A stretch of 64,000 bases of DNA from Nemertoderma westbladi (lineage: Eukaryota; Animalia; Xenacoelomorpha): the NCBI GenBank assembly GCA_032718475.1, contig JAUCBJ010008205.1:1-64000 (forward strand), in the 5' to 3' direction. Below, piece after piece: positions 1 through 13,300 of this stretch (the first letter of the stretch is position 1; every line of letters starts with the position of its first letter). A program made the position numbers and the translations under genes. Under the pieces are notes generated by a model. That model saw nothing but the letters and a program-made list of their open reading frames with translations. It did no database searches and was not told the origin of the DNA.

Positions 1-1192
1 ATTTTGAAATATGTCAATTTTGTAAATTGATTGTTTGAAACTTGTTTTTTACGCAATTTGGGTTTTTTTGGGGTTCTGGATTCGATGATATATATACGAG
101 TTGCACCAAGCGTATCAAACTTGTATTTTTCGGTGCTGTGTGCAAATTTTGGTGCTAGCACGAAATTTTGAAAATCCATTCAATAGATAAAATTGCTTGT
201 GACAATTTATTTCTTGCGTTTTAGAGGTTTATGGCTGTTCTGAATTCAATGGAATATATAATTATCAAATTAGACATCTCAAACTTGTCTTTTTCGGATG
301 TGGGTGCAAAATGTGGTGCTAGCACCAAATTTTGAAAACCATCAAATATATCAATTGATTGTGTCACCTTGTTTCTTGCGTTATACGGGTTTGTGATGGT
401 TCTGAATTCATTGTAATCAGTAAAAATTTCATAAGAGTTCTCAAACTTGTATTTTCGCCGGTGGGTGAAAATTGTTGTGCCAGCACCAAATTTGGAAAAT
501 ATGTAAATTGATCAGTTAGATAGTACCACCTTGTTTCTTGCGTTATACGGGTTTATGAGGGTCCTGAATCCGATGGAATCAATAAAAACAGCACTGGACA
601 TCGCAAACTTGTACTTTTTGGTGATGGGTACGAAATTTGGTGCTAGCACCAAATTTGCCAAATTACGCCGAAAAATACAAGTAGTAATGATCTGGCATAT
701 TATAATTGTATTCCATTAGTATCAGCGCCCAAGAAAACCTATAAATGTGAATTTATAGCATCGTATAAGTGAATTAAAAATGTTGTGTTCAAACTGAAAA
801 CTGCTGGTTACTTGTTTTTTCATTTTTTTCCTACGCAGAGAGGACTAAACAGCCATTTATAGTAATCACATCATTTTTAAATATTTTCCAATGTATTTTG
901 CACACCAGAAAAACTGTACTGAAAAATAATTAGCCGAAAATGTAACTTTGAAATTTTGTGATAATTGTGCACTACTTGTAATTTTGGTGCTGCAATATAA
1001 CCACCCCAGTACATTTTTTCGAAAATTTTTTTTTCGGTCGGATCCAGACAAGTGATACCTACGTACAAACAAAAAATCAGACGTTTCGTAAATATTTGTA
1101 GATTTTAGAGGGGGGGGGGGGGGGGGGTCAATATGACCCCCCCCCCCCCGGTATTTGTACAACATTTTATAGCCCGGTACTAATAGGGTTAA
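1..1192. mobile_element. Non-autonomous DNA transposon/MITE-like dispersed repeat with piggyBac-like end
   Basis: Recurrent GCACCAAA/CAAACTTGT motifs, also seen at ~5900-6750 and ~13330-14320. G-run/TCAATATGA/C-run palindrome at ~1110-1149. Ends in TAATAGGGTTAA; a matching TTAACCCTATTA start occurs at ~4630. Confidence 0.5.
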
Positions 1193-1194
1193 AA

Positions 1195-1530
1195 TACGGT
1201 TTCTACTTTCTATTGAAGGGTCTACTGCATCACAAGTGTAGGCGTCCATTAATGCTTTGTAACCAGGAGTGTTCGCTAATTTGCACAATTCAAAGACTTT
1301 ATGAAACGGTAACTCGTAATCTATTTCTTTAAACATCTTAGACATAAAACGTTTTCTAGCACATCTCACACCGAGTAAATTTTTTACCATCTTGCAATAA
1401 AATTTTTCAAGTTGTAAAGTATTTTTTGTTAACCAAGTTTCAGACCCATATAACAATCCCGACATTAGCGCCGCATCAAATACGCGTTTCTTTAATACAA
1501 ATGGAAGGCTCGTGTTTACTAGGCTATGGA
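1195..1530 (-). pseudogene. Non-LTR retrotransposon (RTE-like) RT C-terminal fragment
   Basis: LKKRVFDAALMSGLLYGSETW...KMVKNLLGVR resembles the LLYG(S/C)ETW thumb region of RTE-type LINEs. Confidence 0.7.
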
Positions 1531-2179
1531 CAGAGTAGCCGATCATGCCAGGGAACTTCGATTCGGGACTCTCTAAAACCCGGGCCTGTCCCGGCTTCGG
1601 CGAAACTATTTCAGCAGGTAGGAAACTGTATGACAGCAGTTGAACCATCTGTTACAATCTGTTCTAACTCACATTCTGCAGATATGTACCTGACCATAAT
1701 AGGCTGCGTGTTTGGGAGGACGCTAACCGGTATGCAGTTCCCCAGTCTGCCGTTAGGGAGCGATAACTGTTAGAAAATGAAATCCTTCTCCCATTTCGTT
1801 GTTTGTAATGCTTTAATTTCGGCCCATTTTAAATTCTTTATAGAGTTGATACTTTGCAGCGATCTAAAAGAACCTACTAAACTACAGTAGGCCTATAGGT
1901 TGTGTTTACAAGGATGTCTGACTGTTTTAACCTACTTCCAACATTTTATTGTTTGTAATGCTTTGGAAGTATTTTGACAGGTATCTACTCCACCATAATA
2001 TTATACCTTATATGTTGTACCGTAGTAGAAACCTGCCAAGTACAGCAGCTTTATACTGTTTGTTTGAGAGAACTCTCACTCATGTGACGTTTTAATTTGA
2101 AATGGTGAATAAGTTTATATACTAGAAAGCAATTATAATTATAACCAAGAGTAAAAACTAAAATTCGTACACATAGGTA

Positions 2180-3111
2180 CAATGCTACAGGTAATATGTA
2201 CCTGAATAAGATTCCAGTTAGCAGATGTTTGTGCAGTTGGTTGAGTAACAATGCTACAAGGAAAATATGTACATGAATAAGATTCCAGTTAGCAGATGTT
2301 TGTGCACTTGGTTGAGTAACAATGCTACAAGGAAAATATGTACCTGAATAAGATTCCAGTTAGCAGATGTTTGTGCAGTTGGTTGAGTAACAATGCTACA
2401 AGGAAAATATGTACCTGAATAAGATTCCAGTTAGCAGATGTTTGTGCAGTTGGTTGAGTAACAATGCTACAAGGAAAATATGTACATGAATAAGATTCCA
2501 GTTAGCAGATGTTTGTGCAGTTGGTTGAGTAACAATGCTACAATGAAAATATGTACATGAATAAGATTCCAGTTAGCAGATGTTTGTGCAGTTGGTTGAG
2601 TAACAATGCTACAAGGAAAATATGTACCTGAATAAGATTCCAGTTAGCAGATGTTTGTGCAGTTGGTTGAGTAACAATGCTACAAGGAAAATATGTACCT
2701 GAATAAGATTCCAGTTAGCAGATGTTTGTGCAGTTGGTTGAGTAACAATGCTACAAGGAAAATATGAACCTGAATAAGATTCCAGTTAGCAGATGTTTGT
2801 GCAGTTGGTTGAGTAACAATGCTACAGGTAATATATGTACCTGAATAAGATTCCAGTTAGCAGATGTTTGTGCAGTTGGTTGAGTAACAATGCTACAAGG
2901 AAAATATGTACCTGAATAAGATTCCAGTTAGCAGATGTTTGTGCAGTTGGTTGAGTAACAATGCTACAGGTAATATATGTACCTGAATAAGATTCCAGTT
3001 AGCAGATGTTTGTGCAGTTGGTTCAGTAACAATGCTACAGGTAATATATGTACCTGAATAAGATTCCAGTTAGCAGATGTTTGTGCAGTTGGTTGAGTAA
3101 CAATGCTACAA
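2180..3111. repeat. Tandem array, 71-bp unit, about 13 copies
   Basis: Unit AATGCTACAAGGAAAATATGTACCTGAATAAGATTCCAGTTAGCAGATGTTTGTGCAGTTGGTTGAGTAAC repeats with period 71 and has no unique spacers. Confidence 0.97.
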
Positions 3112-3310
3112 GAGGCCCCCAATAACATCGTCATTGGTGGTTGACTATTTAGTAAGTCTATTAGCTGGCGCATCCCAATTCCAACATTACATTGAGAATC
3201 CTGAAAAAGAAAATATGTCGAATATTATTTTAATTATATTTGTGTTCTGTTGAATTTGAAAATTGTACGATTTATATATTTCTTACATTGTGGTCACCAC
3301 AAGACCAAGC

Positions 3311-3420
3311 AGCAGCTTGATCTAGTGGTGACATTCCTGGGCTTCCAAATAGGAAGCCCTGTTCGATCCCTAGATGGGGCAGCGCTATTTGGGTACAGTG
3401 CTTTAAATGTTGGGGATGGG
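3311..3420 (+). mobile_element. tRNA-derived SINE head (possibly tRNA-Gly related)
   Basis: A-box-like TGATCTAGTGG (3318-3328), CTTCCAA loop, B-box GTTCGATCCC (3361-3370); cloverleaf degenerate. Confidence 0.5.
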
Positions 3421-3429
3421 GTAATAGGT

Positions 3430-3800
3430 TTATTATATAGTTCGAACATAGAAATTCCTACTTGGTGCTTGTAAAGTTGCTGTAGAGGTAGAATATTCAG
3501 AGGTTTATATATATGTGCATACTTGACTGTACATGTACAAAGCTGTTTTGGTATGCCGAGCGTAGAAAAGCGCTATATAAATAATCAATATTATTATTAT
3601 TATTATACTTGGTGGCGGTTTTATTGTAATGCAGTGAATAATTTTGTTAACATTTATTCTAATTGGTTTTAATATAGAAGAATATGCACCTCCCCATAGA
3701 ATAATGCCGTATTGCAAGTATGGTTGCACCAAGGAGAATTAAAGTTGGCTTAGGGACTTCTGAGAGAGTGATTCATAAAAAATACCCGCCGACATATAAT
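3430..3800 (-). pseudogene. L2/CR1-type LINE 3' RT fragment
   Basis: LVQPYLQYGIILWGGAYSSILKPI..NKII matches the L2/CR1 post-RT motif. It is interrupted by an opposite-strand AAGCGCTATATAAAT(ATT)n LINE tail at ~3540-3610. Confidence 0.65.
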
Positions 3801-6800
3801 TTTTTTGAAGCATCTGGAAATAAGTCTCCAGACTAATGGCCTAATTGAATTATTTGAATTAAATTACGTAAAAAAATCTACTTTGAAGTATTCATACTAC
3901 TATGAATAATATTCATGTAAATTATCAATGACATAATTTAAACTAATCCCTACGCAGTTAGTTCCCTCGCGCGTAGCCAATTGCCCTCAAAAAATGACTA
4001 ACTTAGTGCACCACCACTAGTTATAAGGGAAACCAACAAAATTTTGAAATTGTACCGCAGCAACAAGTTAATCTATATGTCCACAGGAAGGAGTGGTGTT
4101 ACCCCAACCTAAGCTTCAAATTATTTTCTTTAAGATCTGATGGGGTTTCTATTCATTATAGTAAAATATGTGTATATTCCGGGGGACGAATGATATCATC
4201 ATTCGTTTCCGTTGCGTTGCATGGCATAAGGAAATAATGAGGAATTTCTAAAGAAATTGAATAAAATATCGAAATAATGAGAGTCGTGCTCATCATTATC
4301 ATGCAAATATATAAAATACTGCAATGCCGGATGCTGTACAGTTACTGGGGGCCATTTCTATTCATATTACACATATTAATTACGCATTCTAAGAAGCGTC
4401 TAAGGAACTCTCTGACTAGTAACTACCGCCGGTGTCGTGTCCATATACAGATAATAACAATACAGTTTAATTATAATTCAGAATCAAAACATACTGAAGT
4501 ATTGTGTCTAAATAATGCAGAGTAAATTCCTCTGTAAATTACGTATAGGGAATTTTGAATAGAAACAGCAAAGTATGAAAAAAGTGAGAAAATATGAAAA
4601 TTGCATTGTCTGCAGGGTACTTATTAGCTTAACCCTATTAAACCCGGGGGGGGGGGGGGGGGGGGGTCAATATGACCCGTCCGTGGTTTTTTTGTTAAAA
4701 CTCTGAAAGAAACGCAGTTGCGAATCTAAAATTTTAAGACTTTTCCTAAAAATCAATTGTCTTCCTAATAGTGAAAACGGTTTTCAAAAATATTGGGAAG
4801 TGTTCGAGTTATAGCATCATTGTTTAACTCTACTTTTGGCACTTTTTTGAGACGTTTTTCGAAAATTACATTTCATGAAATCTGATTTGTACATGGATTA
4901 GAGAGGGTGGGAGAGAGGGTGTAGAATATAAATTTCAGCAGCGCGACTAACTGACTTAATCGGGAGGCACGTTGGGGAGAGTCAGTCCCCCTGGAGTATT
5001 CCACGCAACTGAATGATAATATTCGATAAACGAAGGCCATCAAACACTTGTATTCGGTTGTTGAATATGTCCCTGATGAGGTGTATAGAGTGTATAAAAA
5101 CTCCGGCTGGCTCCTAACTCTATAAGCTTGAATTCAGAGAATGGATTCTTCTTTTAGTTTCTTGACGAGCTTAGCTGATCACACTATACAAGTGTTGTCA
5201 ATACAGGGATTTTTGTGAAAGGAACCGACTTCCTTTGTGACCTTTTCTATTTGATATCGTGGAAGCTGGAAGTCTGTAAATTGTAAGCCACTGCGCAAAT
5301 TTGTTGGTAGGAATTTCTAGAGTGTAAATTTGTAAGTAGGATTTTTTCGCTGTGTATATTTGTTTGTACCATGTTATTGTTGTTAAATGTGGGCCACAAT
5401 GGAGGCCACATCAATTTGTTAACCAGTTCTATGATTGATTATTCTATCCAGTGCAAATAAATTATAAGCCCCAAGAATACTATAAACTTTGTTGTACTAC
5501 TTCAAAGTATTAATTGTGCTATTATTATTATTCGTGAAAAGGATTATCATTCATGGACTGCGTAAGCAAGATGGGGGGATTGCTTCTACTCCAATAATGT
5601 TGGTGTTTTCTGTATATCCCTCTACCCATGAAATCATGACCTACTATAGATACGACCCGCCACGCTGCTGCAAAGCCCCTAAAGTTAGTGGGCCAGTTAT
5701 TTCTCTTAGATAGAACCCCTGAAACAATATGTCAGGCGCGTCGAAAGTACTTGGCCCTAACTAGAATCATGTCCTCTTTCAGACGAGACAAATAAAAATT
5801 GAATAGCTCCAGTAGTTTTCGAGATATATGGAGTTCCGGGCACCCATACCTATCAACACCTTTCGGGATTGATAAAATTACTCAAAATACATCACCGTTA
5901 AAAGACTTTGGTATAACCAAAACGATAACTATGCTGTTTTGGTTTGTTGAATTCATTTACTGTACTACTTTACTTTAGGAATCGAAGCAAGATGAGAAGA
6001 AAATATTTTCATTTTTTTTAATATATACTAAAAGAGCACCAAAGGTGCAAGTAGCACGTTTTTCAAAAGTGGTAAATTTGCTCCTCAGTCTGGCTACTGA
6101 TGTTTTACAATGTGCTGATTTCATTGGGAAGGTTTATTCCTCAACATCAAACATATCGAAGAGTTGTGTAATATAATAACATAAGCATGTTGTTATTTAT
6201 ATTATTAGTTATTGGTCAGTTGTTTGTGCTCCCTGGAGCACGAAAAAAACAAGTAGTGGAAATATGATAATGAAAAATAACCACGAAATCAAATTGATTT
6301 TATGACCATATAGGTTTTTTGGGATGCTGATCACGAATATGACATTGAAATATATCGTATTATCCAACCAAATTAGATTTTTGCCGTTTGAAATTTTTGC
6401 TACTTTTACTTTTCGTTCTGGGGCACCAGAATGGCACCAAAAATGATGTTTCGTTTGCATTTACAGTATTTTTTAAACCAGTTTTCATCGTGATCAGCGA
6501 CCCCGAAAACCATATACCTCCAGAATTATCAAAACAAACACAAAAAATGTTTTGGTTTGATATTTTTTACTTACACTTTTCGTCCTGGGCGGGGGACCAA
6601 AATAGCACCTAAAATGATGGTTGCTTTGCCATAAAATATTTTTAACAAGTTGTATAGTGATCATCGACCTCGGAAACCCTAATTCCATCAAAATTGTAAT
6701 TTTTGAGCCAAGATCTAAACAATTTATAAAAGGACCCCCCCCCCACCCCCCGGCACCGGGACAATTAAGTACTTAAAATAACCCAGGCCAGATACTGTAG

Positions 6801-8142
6801 GGTTTTCCAGGACATTGTGTAGTTAAGTAGTAACCAAACTCCATTACATATCACTAATTACAGTTAATAATAATTCCCATAAATAATATTAGTTCCTCAT
6901 TATTTTGAAGTCGTAATATTAATTTATCTCCGCATATCTATTATATATCAATAATCTTTGTCTATTAAATCTAAGAAGCGAACGCTGTTATGGTGGTGAC
7001 GCATTGTCTTACTTGAGATCCTCCGAAAGGGCTGATATGTCCTCGGGGGATTCAGATAGTAGTCCCGCTGTTTTAGGCAGGAGAATTACACTAGCGTCAT
7101 GGTTCTTAAAGAATAACCGGTCCCTCCAACCCCATGTCCAGCAGTCTCTGCATCAGATAAAAAACTAATTTTACTCTCCTTCATGAATTTCGATGGACGA
7201 TGGACGGTATTATTCTTTTTACTGGCGGTCTTCGACCAGTTTGAGGCAATCTGCCCACTGAAGTCGGAACTTAGGCCATGTCGGAACATGATTCCGGGTG
7301 AATCGTTGAACATGAACAGCATCTTTTGATAAAGATGGCCGTTGTTAGTTACCGAATATATCGCCCCTTCGAAATGTACAAATGTTAGTGGAAGGCCCTG
7401 GTGTCATCTGTTCTGTAGAAGACCCCAGACGAGTCTAACTAAGTAAGTGCCACTGTAGACCGAGCGCGCGAGCGGCATTCCAACTATAACTGCTACTGCC
7501 TGCATACAGATTGTCCAGACCAAGATTAGGCCCCCATGGCTGCCAGCCCGTGTAGAGGTGATAATAAGTAGTCAAATAAACACAGGTGCGGACGTAATCA
7601 GGTATTGTAATAATGATAATGTAACGCATTTATGCCTATCAGCATAATGCATTCAGCAGTAACATTCATGCCTAACGTGCAAGTGACGCAGTACAGTGCA
7701 ATGCACATTGCACATACTGACATACATAATAATACACTATATTACCGGACCAGTGACAAAGTACTACAGTACTGAAATACTGTAGAAGTGCACTGGCTGG
7801 CACTTAAATTTTCGACTGACAAATTGGCCATTTTTGAAAACACCACAATTATTGATTTTTTTGAGTAATTTTATAATTTCGAATTTCTTTAGGTATATTA
7901 TACCTTTTACGTATATATTATTGTTGCTTTCAAGTTAGGTATATTTTCTTTAGGTATATACCTTTTAAGTATATCGAAGTTATGGTGATCCCAGGAGGAT
8001 ATCTTAATTTGAGACAAAATAAGATAAGTAGTGCGATTTGAAAGAACAGATAAAAATTAGTATTTAGTTAGTATTTAAGTATTTAGTTAGTATTTATTTA
8101 GTATTTAGTTAGTTATTATTAATATTTAGACCCACATCTCGA

Positions 8143-8508
8143 TTGGCTAATTACTTTCCCTTCAAGGACAGATTTCCCAAAGCGATGAGATCTCTTACTT
8201 TATATCACTTTAAGTGCACCAGCTGTAATACTGACTACATCGGTAAATCCGAGCGCCACTTTAAAGTAAGAATCTCTGAGCACCTTGCGAAGTCTCCCCG
8301 AACAGGAAAGCCAACAGCCACTCCTAGACACTCCTCCATACATGAACATGCACTTGAGTACGACCACCGATTCGAAAGCCAAGACTTTAATATTATAGGT
8401 ACAGCCACTAACAACTACGATCTACTAATTAAAGAAAGTCTAATTATACAGAAACAAAGACCATCACTTAACATACAAGACACTTCATTCCCGCTATATC
8501 TATTTTAA
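8143..8508 (+). pseudogene. Penelope GIY-YIG endonuclease domain (C-terminal fragment)
   Basis: YHFKCTSCNTDYIGKSERHFKVRISEH...SSIHEH...LLIKESLII..QRPSLN. Confidence 0.9.
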
Positions 8509-8793
8509 ATATGATAACTATTACATACAGTACAATTCTAATGTATCTACTGTAATGAACACACTACCTAGTTAGTTTACTGCCTTTAGTCTTTGATTGC
8601 TACCGGTACTGTAATTTTATCTATAATTTCTCTGTAATCCTGCATTTACTTCATTATACTTAGTAAAAATATTCTAATTTACATTTATCGTAATTATCCA
8701 CCCTATCACATTTTGAATTTTGTTTACTCTTATCTTTTACATTAATTTTAGGTTTTTTCATATAATTATAGTTATTTTGTACCTACAGTATTA

Positions 8794-8832
8794 TGGCTGA
8801 TGATGTATAACGTAATATACGAAACGTTCCGG
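8794..8832 (+). ncRNA. Minimal type I hammerhead ribozyme motif
   Basis: TGG-CTGATGA-t-GTATA(acgtaa)TATAC-GAAACGTT-CCG: conserved core, 5-bp stem II, palindromic minimal stem III, 3-bp stem I. This arrangement is typical of Penelope pLTRs. Confidence 0.75.
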
Positions 8833-8880
8833 ATTTAAACAATAATTATGTTCTTTCAAATCGCACTACTTATCTTATTT

Positions 8881-10000
8881 TAGGTATATATTATTGTTGC
8901 TTTCAAGTTAGGTATATTTTCTTTAGGTATATACCTTTTAGGTATATATTATTGTTGCTTTCAAGTTAGGTATATTTTCTTTAGGTATATACCTTTTAGG
9001 TATATATTATTGTTGCTTTCAAGTTAGGTATATTTTCTTTAGGTATATACCTTTTAGGTATATATTATTGTTGCTTTCAAGTTAGGTATATTTTCTTTAG
9101 GTATATACCTTTTAGGTATATATTATTGTTGCTTTCAAGTTAGGTATATTTTCTTTAGGTATATACCTTTTAGGTATATATTATTGTTGCTTTCAAGTTA
9201 GGTATATTTTCTTTAGGTATATACCTTTTAGGTATATATTATTGTTGCTTTCAAGTTAGGTATATTTTCTTTAGGTATATACCTTTTAGGTATATATTAT
9301 TGTTGCTTTCAAGTTAGGTATATTTTCTTTAGGTATATACCTTTTAGGTATATATTATTGTTGCTTTCAAGTTAGGTATATTTTCTTTAGGTATATACCT
9401 TTTAGGTATATATTATTGTTGCTTTCAAGTTAGGTATATTTTCTTTAGGTATATACCTTTTAGGTATATATTATTGTTGCTTTCAAGTTAGGTATATTTT
9501 CTTTAGGTATATACCTTTTAGGTATATATTATTGTTGCTTTCAAGTTAGGTATATTTTCTTTAGGTATATACCTTTTAGGTATATATTATTGTTGCTTTC
9601 AAGTTAGGTATATTTTCTTTAGGTATATACCTTTTAGGTATATATTATTGTTGCTTTCAAGTTAGGTATATTTTCTTTAGGTATATACCTTTTAGGTATA
9701 TATTATTGTTGCTTTCAAGTTAGGTATATTTTCTTTAGGTATATACCTTTTAGGTATATATTATTGTTGCTTTCAAGTTAGGTATATTTTCTTTAGGTAT
9801 ATACCTTTTAGGTATATATTATTGTTGCTTTCAAGTTAGGTATATTTTCTTTAGGTATATACCTTTTAGGTATATATTATTGTTGCTTTCAAGTTAGGTA
9901 TATTTTCTTTAGGTATATACCTTTTAGGTATATATTATTGTTGCTTTCAAGTTAGGTATATTTTCTTTAGGTATATACGTTTTAAGTATATATTATTTTG
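8881..10000. repeat. Tandem array, 58-bp unit, about 19 near-identical copies (about 1.5 more copies at 7885-7975)
   Basis: TAGGTATATATTATTGTTGCTTTCAAGTTAGGTATATTTTCTTTAGGTATATACCTTT repeats with period 58. Confidence 0.97.
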
Positions 10001-10727
10001 CATTCAAGCTAGGGTATATTTTCCCGTATTCTATATTCGATTATGTTTATCGTCCTGATGATGTTTGAGTTATAGTTTTTTTTATATAGTTTATTTATTC
10101 CTGTTTTTCTATGTTTCGTGCTTTATTGGTATATTTGTGTTTGGTATTATCTATCTTTTGGACTCTGGTCAATAAAATATCTATCTATCTATCTACTGAA
10201 AACTGTATACCTCATACTAATATAAGTCTAGTGAATAATGTGTTCCCATTTTGAATGAATTTGTAAAATAAAGGAGTGACGACTCAGCCCGTTCAATTGT
10301 GCCAATCCTTTCAACTTGTTCCGTAAATTAATAAAATTAGGGGTATATCTATTGGTATTGTTCGTCTTCTTGAGTATCGGTATTCCCACCAAACAATAAC
10401 TGTTAGTTGGGGTTCGGCAATTTCTAATAAGTTTATTGTATCTAATAGTGATATACAGGAGCACGAATAAAATACAGTCCTTTTTGTATTGTCGTGTTAA
10501 GGTTTTTTCTAAATGTTCCTATAACGTAAAAGTACATATTTTTAAAACGTATTGTTACAGTTTATATTGTAGTAATCTCTAGTCTATTTTTCGCGTTGAA
10601 TGCTTGAGGCAGATTATATATTATTATATTATTATCTTATTATACATGTCCTTTCGATTGTTATTTAGATACTCCCGCTCATTTAGATGATGCGGACCGT
10701 GTTTATGCATTGTCACAAAATTCTATA

Positions 10728-11430
10728 TACTACTACTACTACTACTAGGTCGAGCGAACTCGGACAGTGGAAATGAGATCCTTCCAGGCTTCCCGATTCT
10801 CCATAGTTGTCGCAATTTCGTTTCTCCCAAGTTCAGTATCCCTTTCAAGTTGATCTATATATGTTATGGCCGGTCGTCCACGACTACGCTTTCCATGAGT
10901 TGGTTGCCAGAAAAGTAGATCTGGTATGACCTCGTCTTTACTTCGCCAGCAGTGCCCACTGAATCTTAATCTGCGTTCACAGAGGGTGGTTGCTGGTTGA
11001 TACAGGTGATATTGTACCATAAAGCTCGGCGTTTGTCATGTGTTGTCTCCAGCTGATGTTTAGGGCTGACCTTAGTAGTCTTGTGTAGCAACCATCAATT
11101 CGTTGTTCAAGTGATTTAGTGAGTGTCCAGGTCTCACCCCCGTATAAAAATACACTTTCCACTGTGGCTCGAAAGAACTTAGTCTTCAGGTGCCTGGTGG
11201 TGGCTTTTCCCCTTTTAACATCCGGTTGCAAACATTCAATAATGGTCTGTTTAGCACTCCGGTTTTCCATACCTCCGCTGGAATTTCATCTAATCCACTC
11301 GCTTTATTATTGGACATGCTTTTAATGCTTATTTGGAGTTCGGCAGGTGTGAAGTCCCCTGTTTCTATAGGTAGTGTCTTGTCATATATTTTCCTTGTAG
11401 GGCTGACCTCGATGTTTGTTTGGTGGCTGC
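10728..11430 (-). mobile_element. RTE-clade LINE fragment with internal deletion
   Basis: KASGLDEIPAEVWK (pre-RT) is joined directly to FFRATVESVFLYGGETWTL and RRLRFSGHCWR (post-RT), so the RT core is missing. 3' (TAG)n tail at 10728-10747. Confidence 0.85.
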
Positions 11431-12799
11431 CCAAGCAAGTAGCAAGTCAAATTCGATATATTTCCTCTTAAACCGTGTCCATAACTCAAAAATTCGTATA
11501 ATCTCAATTATTTCAATACTACAACTAATCTTTATCTTTAATCGGACAACTTATGGATCCATTTCCAATAGGGTACAAACATAATGCAAACTGCACAATA
11601 TGTATACTTGAGAGAAATGGACAAACATTCATAAGTATAAAAGAACTTATCTCCAACCTAGAACCTTATTCCACCTGTCCACTATCACTGACATTAAAGG
11701 AGCAGTGCAATAATACACTTTATGCCTGTTACGGAGGGCAGGACTCTATTTATTACCAACTCCAACTAACTCCTGGTAGAGAAGAGATTGCAGTTAAAGT
11801 AAAACCTAATTATTAATCTGGAAATTTTTGAATAATTCATTCCAATTTATAAGCCTATTGATTGCATTTCCTTTCAATAATAGCTGCAATATGCTAGTGT
11901 ATTAGCTCCTTTCCTTCCTGGTAGGAATATTGCCTCAATTAATAATAGCGGAAACAGCTAATAACACTTTGAGTTTGGTCATCAAAGGTGAAAGAAAGCG
12001 GTGACGGTGGAATAAAAACTGGGAAATGAAATTAATTATTAAGAACATTAAACAACATCATGTGGCAACGAGAATCACCTGCCCAATTTCTAACTATCAT
12101 GTAGATAGATGCCTCTTTTTAATGGCATGATAATATGCATACCTAATTCCATAGTGATCATGAGAGTACATACAGTGCGCACCGTCTTGTTTTTTATGAG
12201 GTAATGGTAATTGCCATTACCGCTTGATTATTTTCACAGCAACATGGCATTGGTAGCATGGAGGACCAAGAAGTATGAAACTTCAGGATTTAAACTGTTA
12301 CCTGTGAGCTTTGTTCTCGTTACTTCGCGTTACTCGCTGTTACTTTCGACACTCATACGACATGGGTACCTACATTTTTCAAATTTTTTATGAAACCTCT
12401 GTATTTTATTTAAAACGGTATGCATTGTACATTTATTAATCATATATGTTAAATTTTTTTCCAAAAAAATTTCTAGAGAATAATGTGTTCTAGAACAAAA
12501 TATTTAACAAAATTGATAACTAACGTGTTCTATAACATTTATTAAAAAAGGTAGAAAAAAAGTGCTTGTGTAAAAAATAAAAAATATGTTCTAGAACAAA
12601 AATATTTATCAAAATTGATAACTAACACGTGTTCTATACATTTATAAAAAAGTAGAAAAAACTAGCTAGTATAAAAAATGTATTCTAGAACAAAAAAAAT
12701 GTGTTCTAGAACAAAATTATTTATCAAGATTGATAGTTTACACGTAATTTGAAAATGTACCCAATACCTTCCTTTCCTTTCCCATAAGATGTATAACAG

Positions 12800-12962
12800 T
12801 TTTTGGTTTAGACTGTCTGATGTCGGTTGTCTGTTTTTGGTTTAGACTGTCGGTTGTCTGTTTTTGGTTTAGACTGTCTGCTGTCGGTTGTCTGTTTTTG
12901 GTTTAGACCGTCTGCTGTCGGTTGTCTGTTTTTGGTTTAGATTGTCTGCTGTCGGTTGTCTG
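12800..12962. repeat. 34-bp minisatellite, about 4.5 copies
   Basis: TTTTTGGTTTAGACTGTCTGCTGTCGGTTGTCTG repeated. Confidence 0.9.
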
Positions 12963-13149
12963 CCATTGGCTGTAAGCATACAATTTACACCCGCCATACA
13001 GTATTGATTAATTTTCTAAACATTAATTAAACAAGACTTGACATTAATTCCCATGTTTAATGTTAATTTAAACTGATCGAAATATGCTAGGAATGCAAGA
13101 ATAAAGAATTAAGTTACATGCAAGAATATTCAATCAGTGATTCGCTTCA

Positions 13150-13300
13150 TAATATTTTTCAACATTCGATATTTTATTCTCGATATTTTTACTCTCGATA
13201 TTTTTACTCTCGATATTTTTCAACACTCGATATTTTTACTCTCGATATTTTTCAACACTCGATATTTTTACTCTCGATATTTTTTGAACTCGCGATATTA
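13150..13300. repeat. About 15-bp degenerate tandem repeat
   Basis: CTCGATATTTTT(A/T) units. Confidence 0.85.

Larger units (their letters stand above)
8016..8881 (+). mobile_element. 5'-truncated Penelope-like element (GIY-YIG endonuclease end plus pLTR)
   Basis: GIY-YIG ORF, downstream hammerhead core, and a 33-bp inverted copy of its 3' end (8016-8048 vs 8849-8881). Sits inside a 58-bp satellite. Confidence 0.85.

Noticed and set aside
2180-3111. CRISPR-like regular arrays (also 8881-10000)
   Set aside because: Units are head-to-tail with no unique spacers, there are no cas genes, and the context is eukaryotic; these are ordinary tandem repeats.
5070-5110. CTGATGA hammerhead-like cores here and at ~10055
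   Set aside because: No properly placed GAAA or stems; at most decayed relics.
7030-7430. GC-richer stretch with a 78-aa ORF
   Set aside because: No recognisable motif in the frames read; cannot be supported as a gene.
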